64,000 bases of DNA from Octopus sinensis (lineage: Eukaryota), in contig NC_043000.1 in NCBI RefSeq assembly GCF_006345805.1, positions 4,650,001-4,714,000 on the forward strand, written 5' to 3'. Every line of letters begins with the position of its first letter. Position 1 is the stretch's first letter. The notes below the pieces were generated by a model. It was not told where the DNA came from and searched no databases. It saw nothing but the letters and a program-made list of their open reading frames with translations. Below are positions 23,837-37,124 of the stretch, piece by piece. A program made the translations under genes and the position numbers.

Positions 23837-24530
23837 TAAGGTGGTGATCTGGCAGAATGGTTGGCATGCCAAGCAAAATGCTTAGCAGATTTCGTCTGTT
23901 TGTACGCTCTGAGTTCAAATTCCACCAAGGTCAGCTTTACCATTCATCCCTTCGTGGTCCGTAAAAGTAAGTACCAAATATAATCGATTGACCCCCTTTC
24001 CCAAACTTGTTGGCCTTGTGCCAAAATTTGAACCCATTATTAAGGTGGCAAGCTGGCTGAAACATTAGCAAGCCAGACAAAAGGCCTGAAATTTGGGGAA
24101 GCGGTGGTGGGAGGGGGGGGGCTAATCAATTACAATGATACCAGTGCTCAACTGGTGCTTATTCTATCGACCTCAAAAAGACAAAGGGCAAAGTTGGCCT
24201 CAGTGGAAATATGAATTCAGAACGTTAAGATTTGAAGAAATATTACAAAGCATTTTTTTTAATGCACTAACCATTCTGCCAAGTCGCCGTCTTAATAATA
24301 ATAATAATAATAATGGTTTCAAATTTTGTCACAAGGGCAGCCATTTTGGGGAAAGGGATGAGTCAATTACACCGACCGAATATTCAACTGGTACTTACTT
24401 ATTTTATCGACCCCGGAAAGATGAACGGTAAAGTTGACCTCAGCAGAATTTGAACTCAGAACGTAGCGACAGATGAAATACTGCTTAGCATTTCGCCCAG
24501 CATGCTAATGATTCTGCCAGCTCGCCGCCT

Positions 24531-24568
<38 letters not shown>

Positions 24569-24700
24569 TAATAATAATTATAATGATAATTTCAAATTTA
24601 GGCACAATGCCTGTATTTTTTGTGGGTGGGGGAGGTGTATTAGTCAATTACATTGAATTCACTATTTGACTGCTACTTTTTTTATTGACCCCAGGAGGAT
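23280..24700. mobile_element. Cluster of SINE family E copies in both orientations (full + copy 23397-23632; partial + copies ~23633, ~23836, ~24040; minus copies ~24315-24530, ~24590-24700), interleaved with (ATT)n
   Basis: Head GGCGGCGAGCTGGCAGAA, box B GAGTTCAAATT, central CCTTTCATCCTTTCGRGGTCGATWAAATAAGTACCAG (Deu/Nin-domain-like). Confidence 0.88.
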
Positions 24701-24947
24701 AAAATTAAGTGAAGCAGCTCAAATCTATTGCCCTCATATACTGTATTTAGCATTTGCATGTATTGGTGAAGCTTTATGTCATCAAGTTAGGAAACTGAGT
24801 TTGTGTTTTGTCAAAATGCAAGTACATTACAAGATGTTAATGTAATGTACTCACATTTTGATAATATTGTAACATGTGACTTTAGGAGGCCTTTGTCACA
24901 GTTGTTGATACAACTAACTACTTTGTATATTTTATAGCTATTTTCAA

Positions 24948-25335
24948 GTGGAAGCGCAATGGCCCAGTGGTTAGGGCAGCGTACTCGCGGTCGTAGGATC
25001 GTGCTTTCAATTCCCAGACCGGGCGTTGTGAGTGTTTATTGAGCGAAAACACCTAAAAAAGCTCCACGGGGCTCTAGCAGGGGATGATGGTGATCCCTGC
25101 TGTACTCTTTCACCACAACTTTCTCTCACTCTTACTTCCTGTTTCTGTTGTACCTGTATTTTCAAAGGGCCGGCCTTGTCACTCTCTGTGTCACGCTGAA
25201 TATCCCCGAGAACTACGTTAAGGGTGCACGTGTCTGTGGAGTGCTCAGCCACTTACACGTTAATTTCACGAGCAGGCTGTTCCGTTGATCGGATCAACCG
25301 GAACCCTCATCGTCGGAACCGACGGAGTGCTTCCA
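24948..25335 (+). mobile_element. tRNA-derived SINE family C, full length
   Basis: GTGGAAGCGCAATGGCCCAGTGGTTAGGGCAGC head through CCGACGGAGTGCTTCCA end; near-identical reverse copy at 61900-62284. Confidence 0.93.
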
Positions 25336-25816
25336 ATTGTCACATTTCAGCTTTTTCCTTTCCTTTATTTTCTGTTATTTCTTCATTCAATTGTTTAATA
25401 GCAGATTATATGTCTGTTGTGCTTGACATAATCAAGTTATGTAATGGTTTTATTGCTGGTTTTAATAAAATTAGTTTATTTTTTAATTGTGTAATTTATG
25501 GTACATTTTTATGTTACCTAGTGCATTAATTAATTATTTCATTTAAAGCTTCTCCAGCTATTCTACTGAATGTATGTATTGCATTATCAGTACTACAAAT
25601 TTTGCTGTTGCTTAGCTCCTCGTCGGCCTTGAGAAGGGAAAGAAATTTTAGGAATTGTTTTAAAATTTTAGTACAAGACCAGCAGTTTCAGGAAGGGTGC
25701 TAAGTCAATTACATTGATCGCAGGGCTCAACTGATACTTATTTTATCAGCCCTGAAAGGATGAAAGACAAAGTGGACCTCAGCAGAATTTGTAAAAGAAA
25801 TCTTACCTATTTTGTT

Positions 25817-26170
25817 TCCCTGGGCATGGATTCACTGAAGCTCCGGCGTCTGGCGACGGACTTGGTAAACACCCACAAAGTTATCAACCACCTCACCAAC
25901 AACAACACCGAACACCTTTTTGATCTCCATGTGTCTAACACACGTGGACATGCCTACAAAGTCAGAAAACAACACAGCTCCCATGACTTTCGGAAACATT
26001 TTTTCACGCTCAGAGTTGCTGAAGCATGGAACAAACTGCCTGCGTCAGTTGTTGACTGCCATGACACTGCATCCTTTAAGGCCCTCATGCTTTCCGAAAT
26101 CCGCCGAAACTACACCTGATTATATATACACTTTAGATGAGTTGTAGTGCACCTGAGCACTGTACACAAT
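25817..26170 (+). mobile_element. Second CR1-clade LINE family, 3' fragment
   Basis: SLGMDSLKLRRLATDLVNTHK...NTRGHAYKVRKQHSSHDFRKHFFTLRVAEAWNKLP; 3' UTR GTGCACCTGAGCACTGT plus (ATT)n tail. Confidence 0.88.
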
Positions 26171-26997
26171 TATTATTATTATTATTATTATTAAAACTAT
26201 TCTATCTTGAATTTTGTTCCCAGTATGGCAAACACAACATTATTCACCTTATCCTTTCATTTTTGTTTACTGATACAGCTGAGTGGAATTTGCAGTATCT
26301 TATAAAATGTAATTCTGTCTTTTGTCAGATACAACTTTTCAGAAATTTGTAAAAGATTTTCGTTCTTGTTTTTTACATGTAGATGTATTGTGTTAGTGAC
26401 AGAACTGTCGATCAGTATCATAAAAAAACTTTTGTGGAGCTATTTCCAATGAATGGTAATTACAGCTTGTGACACAGCAGTTCAATGTTACATTGGGGAA
26501 TAACCAACTCAAATGTCATGTGGCCATCAACAATTTTAAGCTCCCTTTTTCCCCAAGATTGCATGATTTCACTAAGTCTTCCCTCACATAATGTTTTACG
26601 TTTTGTTGTGGCTCATTGTAATTTCCTTTTTGATGTTCAATCTCTTGAGATCAGATTTCATCACTTCTTCGTGTGTCACTCTCTTTAGTAAGTTCCTTTT
26701 TTTTTCCCTTTTATTTGAGATCACTAACCACTTCTTAATCCAGCTATCATCCCCCACAAGAACCTTGTATCTATATCAGCACAGGCTTCTCTCTGGCATG
26801 CTACATCTGTTTTTTGGCTTAGTTTCTGCCCCATTAACATTACAATGCTAGCAGAGCTTGTTTCATCTCTCTTTCCAGCATTCATCCAATCTCCACATTG
26901 AAGACTTGTGTCTCAGCAACCATGCAGTATTGTATTTCATACACAAGCATCACGCATGCCCTTAACTTGGGGATAGAGAAAAAAAAAACTTTTGCTG

Positions 26998-27144
26998 TCA
27001 AGAGCTCCCTTGATTATTGTAAGAGCTCCCTCGATTATTGTAAGAGCTCCCTCGATTATTGTAAGAGCTCCCTCGATTATTGTAAGAGCTCTCTCGATTA
27101 TTGTAAGAGCTCCCTCGATTATTGTAAGAGCTCCCTCGATTATT
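26998..27144. repeat. Minisatellite, 7 x 21 bp (GTAAGAGCTCCCTCGATTATT)
   Basis: Seven contiguous, almost identical units. Confidence 0.97.
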
Positions 27145-27496
27145 TTATACTTTGTTCATACTCTGCCTTCAGATCATTCACCTGACTGCTTAATAGGTCA
27201 CCTAAATAACACAAGTTGTCAATTCCTTGTAGGGAGCTTTCCGGCATTTGAAAGAATGTACTTTGCATGTTCAGTAGCAGCAGCAGCAGCCGTCCAAGAA
27301 TTTGGACCTGGAGGTCTCCATTTCCAGCGACTTCGAGGGCCACCTCCCACTGGTGTCGGGCGTCAACGAAGAGCCCTCGACAGCAACAAGACAACTAAAG
27401 TTTTGTTTTTTTTTTTCCCAAGGTCTGGGGTCTCCTGCCCCTAAGCCCTAGACCATCACCTAATCACCATTACCCGTCTTGTTGCTTAACAACAAC

Positions 27497-27720
27497 AACA
27501 ACAGCAGCAGCAGCATTTTCACATCCACTTTTCCATGCTTGCATGGGTCACATGAAATTCATTAAGGCAGGTTTTCTACAGCTGAATAGATGCTTTTCCC
27601 GTCGTCAATAATCACTTGTTCCCAAGCAAGCTAATATTTCCCCTTGACTGGTCATGTTTTCACAGAAGACTGGAAATAAACAACGTAGCTTTTATGATGC
27701 TGATATACATTTACAACTAT
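27497..27720 (-). mobile_element. Degenerate retroposon 3' part with an RTE-like tail
   Basis: ACATCCACTTTTCCATGCTTGCATGGG end; related to 44360-44505. Confidence 0.55.
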
Positions 27721-28181
27721 CGAAGGAACACAAGCGCACAGAGAGAGAGAGGGTGGGTAGTAAAGTAGATAAACTAGTGGCATATATTTACATGGAGCAC
27801 AAGATACAGGTTATGAAATAAAGAAAAAAATATATGTAATGAAAAAACATTATGTAATGTCTTATCTCATTACATATATTTTTTCTTTATCTTATAATCT
27901 GTATGTTGTGCACCATGTAAATATATACATCTCAACCCTAACTGAGTTATCTACCTTACTACCTGTATAACAGCTTAATTGGGATTGCTTTGAAAGTCAC
28001 TTCTGTGCCATGGGCCTAACCCTGTATGAGTGAGTTGAAATTCAAATTCACATTCATTTGAGTTCTACTCTGATTACCCATATCCATACAAAGCTTATTT
28101 TGCTCTCACCCACTCACTTTAGATATACATAAATATAAAATACAGTGAACATTTAAACACATTAAGAGGTATCCCTTATAT

Positions 28182-29705
28182 GAGTGCTATGCATAGGACT
28201 TGATTGCATGCAGCAAGGTCTCCTAGGAAGAAAATTTTGCTTTTGCTGTTGTGATGCAACAGGCCCCAGATATGTCTCCAACAATATTAACTCTTTGCTA
28301 GAGTGGGCCATGGTGTCCCATATGTGACTAAAAGAATTCACCATACACCCACCAGATGCTCCAAACCACATAGGCAAATTTGAAGATTGCCACACAAGAA
28401 TTAAAGAAGTCCTCATGAAACTAGAACACCACGTGAGCATATTTCTTATGGGTGATAAATATATACCTATATGTGTAGAATGATCCGGTGGTGATCTTGG
28501 CATAGTTGGAAAATTGGGAGAATGGCTTCATGACTTTCCAAAGGATAGAAGCCAGGTGCTAGTAGCCAATGGGGCCACTTCCATTAACACGCAAATAGTG
28601 AGCGGTGTTCCGCAAGGCACTGTTCTGGGACCACTACTGTTCATAATGGCCCTCTCAGACATGCCCTCAGCCACGCAGAGAGCCACGATCACAAGTTATG
28701 CAGATGATACAAAAGTTTCACAGGCAATACAGAACCCTGAAGACACTAAGCACCAGCAATGTGAGCTGGACAAAATATACAAGTGGGCTGAAAAGAATAG
28801 CATGCAGTTCAATGCTGAAAAGTTTCAAGCTTTATACTATCAGCATGCAAAACTAAATGCAATACCCAATAAATACACTGGACCTGGAGGGATTGCAATC
28901 CCAGAGGCACAATCAGTGCGAGACCTGGGTATTTACATGAGTGATGATGCAACCTTTCATGTGCATGTTGCTAAATTGGCAATGAAATGTAGGCGGCTGA
29001 CCGGATGGATTCTTAGAACCTTTAGAACAAGAGACCAGGAAACCATGATGGTCCTCTGGAGGACACTTGTCCTAAGCCACTTTGACTATTGCTCTCAGCT
29101 ATGGTCACCATCCAGTGTCAAGTTAATCACAGAACTTGAGGCGATCCAATGAAGCTACACGAAAAAAATAGCCTCTGTGCAGCATATAAGCTATTGGGAA
29201 AGACTCAAGAGATTGAGACTCTATTCCTTAGAGCGTAGGTGAGAAAGATATGCCATAATATACATCTGGAAGATCCTAGAAGGACTTGTCCCAAACTTTG
29301 GCATCAAGAGTTACACAAATGCCAGAACTGGGCACCACTGCATAGTGCCAAGGACTCCAAATTTGCCATCAAGATGTAGGACAAGATACTGTGATAGCCT
29401 GGGCTTCCGAGGCCCACAGCTCTTCAATATCCTCTCGAAGAACCTAAGAGACCTGCATGGGGTGGATGCAGATGTCTTTAAAATGAAACTGGATCTCTTC
29501 TTGTCAGGTGTCCCAGATGAACCAACTTCACGGCAGGAGGTGCAGATGAGGGCAGCTGCATCGAACTCTCTCATGCACCAGATGGCATTTGCCAAAAAGC
29601 ATTCGTGAAGTAAAATCATGTATCAACACCAAATGGCAGTGCCCCAGCATGGCCACAGCTTGTGAGCTGAAACTAAATAAAATTTAAAAAATTAAAATTA
29701 AAATT
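28182..29705 (+). mobile_element. Rearranged copy of the first CR1-clade LINE: inverted APE piece, sense APE piece, internal deletion, RT C-half, 3' UTR, (AAAATT)n tail
   Basis: 28182-28275 matches 15968-16055 on the same strand (antisense to the LINE); 28340-28455 encodes PPDAPNHIGKFEDC...IFLMGD; ~28494-29607 is RT (GVPQGTVLGPLLF, YADD) with stops at 29150 and ~29240. Confidence 0.92.
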
Positions 29706-30183
29706 ATATTTATATATTATTTATATTATTATATATATATATATATATATATATGCAAAGGCAACATCCAAGGATCACTGTGTAGGGAGTTGTTGAACTT
29801 CAAGCAATCTATACAAGACATAAGTTCACTCAAGAGGTATTGATCTGCCTTGGTCTATGGTACAAGACTCTCACCAAGGTGCTGTACAGTGAGACCGAAC
29901 TTGAAACCAAGTAGTTGCAAAGTGGGCTCCTTAACTACGCAGTTATGCCTTCACCCATTACAACCAGAACTGGCATATTCTTGTTAACCTAATTCAAACA
30001 ATTTTTTTTTTCTTTAAACTTCCTCCACCACCACTAAGAGCACCAAAAAAACAAACAGAAAAAATTCTTGCATCCAATTGACCAACACATGACTCCAATT
30101 AGCAGATGATGGAACTCACATGAACGTTTGTGAAAACAATCAATGCATTCTTCTATCGTTTAACTCATCCCACACAAGTGAAA

Positions 30184-30219
<36 letters not shown>

Positions 30220-30494
30220 ATGTGTATGTGCGCACATGTGTGTGTGTGTGCTTGTATGGTCCTGTATGCATATGTCATACATTCACAAATTTAATTACGT
30301 AAGAAATGAATCAGCAAAAACCCACATAAAACAAAGAGGATGATAGATAGTTGTAAATCATAACATGGAATATATATATATATATATATAAACGATGATG
30401 ATGATATGTGTGTGTGTGTACATATATATATATATATATATAATATATATATATAATATATATATATATAAACGATGATGATGATATGTGTGTG

Positions 30495-30550
<56 letters not shown>

Positions 30551-30560
30551 ATACACACAT

Positions 30561-30760
30561 ATCATCATCATCGTTTAACATCCGCTTTCCATGCTGGCAT
30601 GGGCTGGACAGTTTGACTGAGGACTGGTGAGCCAGGGGCTGCACTAGGCTCAATCTGATCTGGCAAAGTTTCTACAGCTGGATGCCTCTCCTAACATCAA
30701 CCACTCTGAGAGTGTAGTGGGTGCTTTTACATGCCACTGGCATGATGCTTTTATGTGTCA
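30561..30760 (-). mobile_element. RTE LINE 3' UTR fragment (family B)
   Basis: (CAT)n-CGTTTAACATCCGCTTTCCATGCTGGCATGGG end. Confidence 0.8.
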
Positions 30761-31665
30761 CAGTATATATATCTATATATCATCATTGTTTAACGTCCGT
30801 TTCCCATGCTAGCATGGGTTATATATATATACTCATACACATATGTATATATATATATATATATTTACATATGTATATATATAAGTATACATATATATAA
30901 AGTAAAAGAGTCAAAAAGAAGAGTAAGTATGGGTAGGCAGCTTTTTAATCGCTACAAATTCTTCCATACATACAGATCCTCTTTTACTTTTTATTTTCAC
31001 AAATGAGGAATACCTAAGACTAGAATTGGTAGCATACCATAAGAATACTACCGACTAATTGGGAATTCTAAGGGTGAACGAGCTCTATTTGTACTCTTAT
31101 ACATTCGTAACAGAACACACCTCAACTATATATATATGTATATATGCATGTACATACGTATATATGTATATGTTTATATACATACATACAATATGTATAT
31201 ATATATATGTATATACACAGAACACACCTCAATATGTATGTATGTAGGTATGTATGCATGTATGTAGTATAGGTATATGCATGTGTGTATACATATACTT
31301 ATGTATATAGATAGACATATATATATATATATATATATGTACATATGTGTGTGTCATCATCATCATAGTTTAACATCTGTCTTCCATGCAATCATATATT
31401 TTCATTGTTGTTGGGATCAACCAAAAAAAGTACTCCATCCTGCTGCAATAAGTATCATTTAATAAACACAGGATTTACATAGAAGCTACTATAGTTTCAT
31501 GCTCAGATAGTACCCTACTCAGACAGGCATGTATAGTGTGCCCTGTACTTATCCTGCAATCAGTTAGATTCAGTATAAACAAGAAAACAAGGTAAGCTTG
31601 GAGGGAAAGAGATATAAGAGTTGTGTCCCTTCAACTTGTTGGCAGAATATTGGTAATAGTTTATA

Positions 31666-31900
31666 CAGGGTGGCCAAAAGTAGGTTTATAGTTATTCAAC
31701 AGTCTCTTTCGCATTCATATATTAATTGTTTAGATCTAAATTATAAAAAAAATATGAAACCATTTTTCTCTGCTAATTTAGTTAATTTTCTCAAGCTCCC
31801 TTTCCAGTTTGTAAGATAGAAATCTAAATGTTATAAAATGTTCTAAAAGAAATTTAAAGTGCATAGGTGATAACTGTAAACCTACTTTTGGGCCACCCTG
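31666..31900. mobile_element. Tc1/mariner-type MITE, 235 bp
   Basis: ~30-bp TIR CAGGGTGGCC(C)AAAAGTAGGTTTAYAGTTAT at both ends; TA on both sides. Confidence 0.92.
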
Positions 31901-31994
31901 TATGAATAAACAATAGTGGGTGGATTTTAAATGGATGGGGAAAGGCTAAAGTTTGTGAGAGCTTATGCTTAATCTGGAGTGTGTGGGCTTCTAC

Positions 31995-32590
31995 AGAAAC
32001 TTGTCAAGATGCTGGCATCTTGTGAAAAATTCCCTTCTGAAGTTTAGGAGGTCAGTGGATTTTAAAAGGATGTGTTATTTCAGCCATACAAAGCCCACAC
32101 CTTCTTGATTTATTAATGCATGACATAGAACTCTATGATGCTCCATTTGATGGTGTGTGATATATTTCTGGCCTTCAGATCCCAGATGTGATCAGCTAGC
32201 TTAATGGCTTTCTTCTTGACTATGGTTTTACATGACCCAATTTTATTTCCTTTCAGCTTTGTTATTTGACACAAGAGAGGAGCCTTTGTCTTTGTATACA
32301 AGTGCACTATCCATGTATACCTGATCAAGTGGGCAAGCATCTGTGTTCCTAGAGTTGCATTCTGAAATGCATGCCTGGGATGACTTATGTGTATTGATGC
32401 TTTTGTTATGACAGTAGCTGTAAAAACGTTTCACTGAACCTTATTAAAGATTTTCTTATACCTATGGCTATCTGGGAAATGCTTATCTATGTAAACTCAA
32501 GTTTGATCATGCATCATTTAGATCTAAGAACGCTACCATCGTCCTGAACCAAAGATCAGAAATTTCCACAAGATGCAAACATCTCTGCTG
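31995..32590 (-). mobile_element. Penelope-like element remnant (region around the GIY-YIG endonuclease)
   Basis: FPDSHRYKKIFN, CNSRNTDACPLD...LVYK, LADHIWDLKARNISHTIKWSII, LNFRREFFTRCQH; several frameshifts and stops. Confidence 0.75.
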
Positions 32591-33470
32591 TTGAACTGGA
32601 CTAACCTTTCCCCATCTCTTTAACTCCCACCAATCATTATAAATTCATATATAAACTATCAGCAGTAGTTGTCTTCTAATGGGTAGAAGGGACACAATTC
32701 TTACCTCCCTTTCCCTCCAAGTTTTACTTATTCTCATTTTTCACACACACACATATATATACATACACCTACACACTATCTTTTCATAAATTTAAGTAAA
32801 ACTTTTAGTCTATACACTTTTCAAAACTGAAAGACAGAGAGAGAGAAATAGCAATGATCAAAAAACATAAATAAATTCGAATATTGTTAAATTTGTTTTA
32901 TGTACAAATTCTCATTCCCATCTCAACAAAATATATTAATTCTTGTAGCAGTATTTAAACTAAGTCCAAGAAACATCAGAAAATATCGAGAATACATGAA
33001 GATATATCACATTATATATACCCGAATCATGGATCTAGATCATAGACGGATGATAAAGAGAATGTTAGAAAACCTGCACAGAAATAGCAAGGTTCATGAG
33101 TTCAAGTCCAGCTCAGTTTCATGTACTGTAAAACAAAACTTCTGACAACAAATAGAGAATTAAACAGCTGAAAATGAAGAGTTTGTGTGTGTACAAACAC
33201 ACACACACACATATATATATACATATATACATACACACATACATGGATATAAACTTTTACAAGGAAAAGACTGATGGTGACTTCATATTTCCAGCTTGCT
33301 TGCCCTCATCGGACTGTCTGACGACAGCAAAGCAAGTCAAGACTCTAAAGTCTCTAGTAACCTTTTCCTTATAAAAGTTAATAATTATGTACTCAACTAA
33401 AAAGTATTGATTGATCAATCTTTCAGTTTAAATCATATATATATCTTGACATAAGAAACATTTATTTATT

Positions 33471-33520
<50 letters not shown>

Positions 33521-33552
33521 GTATGCGGCAAAGTAATTTATTTTACTAAGCC

Positions 33553-33591
<39 letters not shown>

Positions 33592-34051
33592 GTAAATGTG
33601 ACTATTATTCAGTATAATTGTCACATATTATTTTACAGATAAATTCCTCTATTTACATAATATCGAGGTCTCTTTCATTCTTTTGTTGTCTTACCATTTT
33701 TATCAATATATATAACTCCTCACCGAAAAGGTAATTATTTTTCCACACTTGCTGATAAATTGTTTTTGTGTCTCCTTTTGTCTCAAAGCCGTAGGGCGCC
33801 TGTGTCATCCTTGTTTTTAACCGTTACTGTCTTCAAAAAAATTTTTTTTTTTCGTTTCATGTTCGTCTCTGTTGCGTTGCATTCTTTCCTTTTGGGGCTG
33901 GCCGATTCAGAGCAGATCTCAGAATTAAACAGCCGAAATCTGCGATGATGAATCGGTTTCTGACTGAAGAACGAAGGCTTTGAATGACCCATCTGTCTCT
34001 TATGTTCCTCCCTTCGTGTATTTCCCGTTATTTATTTATGTAAAGGTTTAT

Positions 34052-34086
<35 letters not shown>

Positions 34087-34437
34087 ATGTATAAAACAAA
34101 GTAAACAAGATTAACAGCCTTAAGTAGGAAGTCCATCAAAATGCATAATATCATGTTAATTGTTAATCTGAATGAAGTGAGGCATACAGTGCAATAAAAC
34201 GTTGATTAAAGGTTTTATACTAGTGATTTCATAGCCACTGGTTCAAATCCTTATAATGGTAGTACATTGTACTTTAATTTACTAAACCAATATTCAGTAG
34301 CCTATTTAAGAACTCCAATTAATAATGCTACATAACAGCAAAGATTCAAATAACCCATGTTCAACTTCAGTGTCTATCGTTTTAAGTATGTGGATAAGAG
34401 AAAACAAAAACTCTTTCTGGGACAGGATGCTAGTCTA

Positions 34438-34639
34438 CAAGATGCTGAAAAGTTCCTGGTTTTAAGAGTATTGTTGGAGGCCCAACCTTCCAAGTTCTTT
34501 TACAGGGCTTAGAAAAACTGAAGGGCCGCTTCAATAAGTGTGTGAATCTGAGGGGAGAATACTTTGCATAAAATCATAATTTACTGATCCTCCTGTATTT
34601 TCTTCTACCTAAAGTTTGGAACTTTTCAGCACCCTCTCA
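34438..34639 (+). mobile_element. mariner-derived MITE, degenerate
   Basis: Same family as 50409-50626 (GGCTTAGAAAAACTGAA...AATCATAAT...TTTCAGCACCC). Confidence 0.8.
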
Positions 34640-34844
34640 TACCATAAATACTTACAAATACTGAAATACTAAAAAGTAACTTCTTAGTACATAACTAAAC
34701 AACCGAGGATGATGTAGAATAAACTGCCTAAATTAGAAACGTTAATCCTTTTATTAAAATAATGAAGAGTTTAGGATAAAAACTTTGTCATTATTATACT
34801 GGTGTTTGGAAAATATACTGACATGAAATTTTAACGAAAGGCAC

Positions 34845-35185
34845 AGGAGAGGCTGTGTGGCAAGTAGCTTGCTTACCAACCACATGGTTCCGAGTTCAGT
34901 CCCACTGCGTTGCACCTTAGGCAAGTGTCTTCTACTATAGCCTCAGGCTGACCAAAGCCTTGTGAGTGGATTTGGTAGATGGAAACTGAAAGAAGCCCAT
35001 CGTATATATGTATATATATATGTGTGTGCGTGTGTATATGTTTGTCCCCCAACATCGCTTGACAACCGATGCTGGTGTGTATACATCCCCGTAACTTAGC
35101 GGTTCGCAAAAGAGACCGATAGAATAAGTACTAGGCTTACAAAGAATAAGTCCTGGGGTTGATTTGCTTGACTAAACAAGTGAAA
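34845..35185 (+). mobile_element. SINE family A with a 3' deletion
   Basis: Matches the 20933 copy; lacks the stem-loop tail. Confidence 0.9.
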
Positions 35186-35664
35186 GAGTGAAAGAGAAAG
35201 GATTTTAGAAAAGCAAGTTGGCATCATAGAACCTGGGGCAGTCTCAGGTAGGTTGGTATCAAAAAGCATAGACAATAAAACACCTAAAAGAGATTCCATT
35301 TCTTCATTCCTAAGCTGCCTGGTCTACAGCTTGTCCACTCTACTGTTTGGTTTCAGTTAAATGAAAAAGAAGGAGGTGGGTCATTTAGACAGCCAGCATG
35401 ATAATGGTGTTTAGTCGTTATTGAGCTGGTGTTTGGAACTTGAATTTATATGAGACACTGATGAAAGACTCAGAGCAAGCCTTGGAGAGAGAAGGAGGTC
35501 AATGAAAAGGTCGCGAACAGCGAGGAAAGAACTTTGACTAACAAACAATTGATTGATAGTTTAACCAGCACATTAAGCAAATGATCAATTAATTAGTTGG
35601 ATAGATATTTAACCAATTGGTTGACAACACAGAAGTGATATTGAACCAGTGCATGTGTTTTATT

Positions 35665-36045
35665 ATTGGTGTAAAGAAGGCAGCAAGCTGGCATAATGTT
35701 TGGCAGTATTTCATCTGTCTTTATTTTCTGACTTCAAATTCCGCCAAGGTAAACTTTGTTTTTCATCCGTTCAGGGTCAATAAAATAAGTACCAGTTGAG
35801 TAATGGGTAATCAACTTACCCCCACCCAACAAAATTCAGGTATTGTGCCTATAGTAGAAAGGATTATTTTTGGTGTAACGAAGGTGGCAAACTAGCAGAA
35901 TCATTAGAATGCCACTGAAGTCGACTTTGCTTTTCATCCTTTTGGAGATGACAAAATAAGTACCAGTTGAATACTGGGGTCAATGTAATCAACTTACCCC
36001 CACCCAACAAAATTCAAGCCTTGTGCTTATAGCAGAAAGGATTAT
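35665..36045 (+). mobile_element. Two tandem degenerate SINE family E copies
   Basis: TTTCATCC...AAAATAAGTACCAGTTGA core twice, with similar 3' ends. Confidence 0.75.
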
Positions 36046-36374
36046 CATTGGTAGAACAACCCTCCGAAGACACAACTGACGAAAGATTTTAACTTAGATC
36101 CCTTTAAAATACAAAGCATGTACCATAGAACCTGGGACAGTCTCATGTAGGGTGACATCAAAATGGTTAATAAAGAAGGAACAAAAAATTTCAAAAGCTT
36201 TATTATTTATTTATTAAGGTGGACGTAAAACATGGTATTTAAAAGTTTGGAATTCACTGGACTAGACAACTCATTGGTTGTCATTGATTCATATGCTGTC
36301 TTCAACACTGTTCCAAGTCAGATCTGTGGCTGAGAATAGTCAAGCCTACTTAGTCCTAAGTTGTTGTTGCATAG

Positions 36375-36408
36375 CCACTGCGGGGACAAACACAGACACA
36401 CACCAAAC

Positions 36409-36454
<46 letters not shown>

Positions 36455-36637
36455 TATATATACATACACATATATACGATGGGCTTCTTTCAGTTTCTAT
36501 CTACCAAATCCACTCACAAGGCTTTGGTCAGTCCGAGGCTATAGTAGAAGACACTTGTCCAAGGTGTCATGCAGTGGGACTGAACCCGGAACCATGTGGT
36601 TCGTAAGCAAGTGACTTACCACACAGCCACTCCTATG
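36375..36637 (-). mobile_element. SINE family A, 5' half
   Basis: Reverse complement of the family A head and CORE-like segment. Confidence 0.9.
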
Positions 36638-37124
36638 ACAGACTTTTTAATATTCTTGAGTTAACTGGTTTCTGATCATCACTCATTAAGTGAAAACTCA
36701 TAAACTCAGGAGTCCGACAGGGGAACAAACCAGAGTCAACATAATTTAGTCTTTTAACCCTCAGTTGATAAATGTATTATTCATATGTTTTTACTATATT
36801 TTCTGGCATTCCAGTTGAATTTTTCAGACCAAAATTTAAAGCCAAGAAAGATAGGTCAACTTATACACCAAGATGACTTTTGATAACCATAAATTCCATG
36901 TGAAATGCAGGAGGATTTGATAATATAGTGATGATGCTTAAATGTTTACATTATGTATGTCAACTTGTGCTCTGGAAAATACAGTAATGTGCAGCACTCG
37001 TGATGATGATACAGGAAAAGAACTAACTATAATTACATCTAAATTATGTTTACTGACTTGATCTCAAAACATCATTAGGTGTCCTATGCAGATGCAACAG
37101 TAGACTAGTGGACAAAGATGTTAA

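Noticed and set aside
33255-33360. DFIFPACLP resembling a serine-protease motif; the minus strand is also open (EKVTRDFRVLTCFAVVRQSDEG)
   Set aside because: No other protease motifs, weak splice sites, and both strands are equally plausible, so neither can be supported
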